A stretch of DNA of 64,000 nucleotides, from positions 154,196,001-154,260,000 of the forward strand of contig NC_058368.1 in the NCBI RefSeq assembly GCF_018350175.1, in the 5' to 3' direction. A program made the position numbers and the translations under genes. This document shows positions 62,375-64,000 of this stretch, piece by piece (the first letter of the stretch is position 1; each line of letters starts with the position of its first letter). Origin of the DNA: Felis catus. Its lineage: Eukaryota. Below the pieces are notes generated by a model that was given only the letters and a program-made list of their open reading frames with translations, did not search any database and had not been told where the DNA came from.

Positions 62375-63530
62375 GTCTACATAGGAATTTATGAAGACTG
62401 TATGAAGCTATTACTAGATTAATAAGTAAATTAAGCTAGATTTAAGAATCAATATACATACATCAAATACATATTATAAATAAAACAAATAGAAAATAAA
62501 ATAGGATTTTTGAGGGGGGAATAATTATAAGAAAATAAAGAAGATTCAAATACATAGAGAGGGGAGCCTGACTGGCTCAGTCACTAAAGCATGCGGTCAT
62601 TGATCTTGGGGTCCTGAGTTCAAGTCCCATGTTGAGCACAGAACTTACTTAAAAAATTGGATGGGTGGGTGGATGGATGGATGGAAAGATATACCATGCT
62701 CTTGGAATCAAAGACAAAATGCTGTTAAGATCTTAATAGGTCAGTTTCTTCCCACATTGATCTATAAATTTAACTCATTCCCAGTTATAAACTCATCTAA
62801 CTTTTAAAAGTGAAAATTGATACATAGTTCTAAAATCTATATTTATATTACTCTCTTAAAATTTACCTTTATAAGGACATTGTATAGCAAAATATAACTA
62901 AAGAAAAAAAAAGAAGAATGTAGGAGGACTTACATAAGACTTTAAGATTACTGAAAAGTTGTATTTAAGAAAATAGGCACTATTTTAAGAAAATAAAATG
63001 GATCACTAGAACACAATAAAATTCAAGAAACAAACACATATATGGCTAATTCATTTCAAATACGATGTCAAAATAATTCTATGGAACAAATATTTTCAAT
63101 AAATAGTGCTGGAACAACTGGATATCCATATGGGTGGGGAAATAAACCTGGATATTCATTTTACGTGTATGCAAAATTAAATTTGAAATGTATCACAGAC
63201 TTAAATATAAGTACTACACTGTAAAGATTCCAGAAAAAAATATAAGTAAAAAAATTTATTAAACTGGTCACAGAAAGCAACTATAAAAGACAAATGGTTA
63301 AGTTCAACTTTATTAAAATCAAAATCTGATGCTCAAAAAGCATTATTAATGAAATAAGCTGATATAAACACAAACAGGGATAAAATATTGTCAAAATACA
63401 TATTTAACAAAAGACTAATATCTAGAATACATAAAGACCCGCTAAGCTTCTCCCAAAAAAGACAAAGAACACAATAAAACTATACAGATTTTTTGAAAAC
63501 AAACTTTGCAAAGAAAATACATGTATATAA
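62375..63530 (+). mobile_element. Ancient L1M ORF2 fragment
   Basis: TTTTCAATAAATAGTGCTGGAACAACTGGATATCCATATGG and GACTAATATCTAGAATACATAAAGA motifs. Confidence 0.75.
62561..62656 (+). mobile_element. Short tRNA-like CanSINE lacking the CT tract (SINEC_old-like)
   Basis: A box TGGCTCAGTC, B box GAGTTCAAGTCC, ends in TTACTTAAAAAA. Confidence 0.8.
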
Positions 63531-64000
63531 TGTATGGTACATGTTAAAACATCTGTTATAACACTGTGGATACGTCACATAGGTGAAAGTAAGTAGATAC
63601 GAAGAGTAATCTCATTGATGTAAATAAAGCCTGTATAGCTGGTGAGAATGAGGGCTAACAGTTTGAATGTAAGACGGTATCCCTGCCATAACTCTTTGAG
63701 AGAGAATTCCAAGACCTTATTATTCTGAAGGACAAGACTCCAGCAAAAATCTGTTGTGAGTCTATATATAGCAACTATTTTGTACATGCTTTGTATTCAG
63801 AGTTTGTAGCTTTATTGGGCCATGTGGTCTTTTCAAAACATTTAATTATACATGACTGTATATTAGAAAGATGGCATTTTCTGGCTGAAGCCCACCCTCG
63901 ATCATGTGGCCTAAGTTCAGTTAACTGGCTTGTTTCCCCTGAGTTTTGAAACTCCAAGGAGGGAATAAAAGATACAAGAACAGAAGCTCTTCTAGGTGGT

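Noticed and set aside
62561..62640. tRNA gene
   Set aside because: A and B boxes are present, but the stems are degenerate and there is a SINE-type A tail
63575..63957. Two short - strand ORFs in less A-rich DNA at the window end
   Set aside because: No recognisable homology or convincing splice signals; cannot be supported without a database search

Overview
AT-rich, repeat-dense mammalian DNA, almost certainly from a felid: it carries young SINEC_Fc-type CanSINEs and an L1_Fc-type LINE. I recognise no host protein-coding gene, RNA gene or CRISPR array. The window is mostly layered transposon relics: about 16 tRNA-derived CanSINEs, many with clear target-site duplications (TSDs); a young 5'-truncated L1 with a 770-codon open ORF2 fragment, inserted in the poly(A) tail of an older full-length carnivore L1; several ancient L1M, L2 and MIR fragments; MaLR and ERV solo LTRs; hAT and Tigger-like DNA transposons; and microsatellites. 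The most unusual items are (1) a perfect 30-bp inverted repeat with a 4-nt loop (48751-48814) inside a decayed L2, consistent with a recent template-switch event that made a pre-miRNA-sized hairpin; (2) a (CG)4CA(CG)10(GT)6 Z-DNA-type tract (28756-28797) in CpG-depleted DNA; (3) an LTR>Tigger-like>SINE nest (51788-53217) implying late DNA-transposon activity; and (4) a unique island with a plausible + strand exon (35199-35323). I do not see evidence for a new multi-gene system. Repeat subfamily names come from my recall of consensus sequences, and boundaries of old elements are approximate; both need RepeatMasker/Dfam confirmation.
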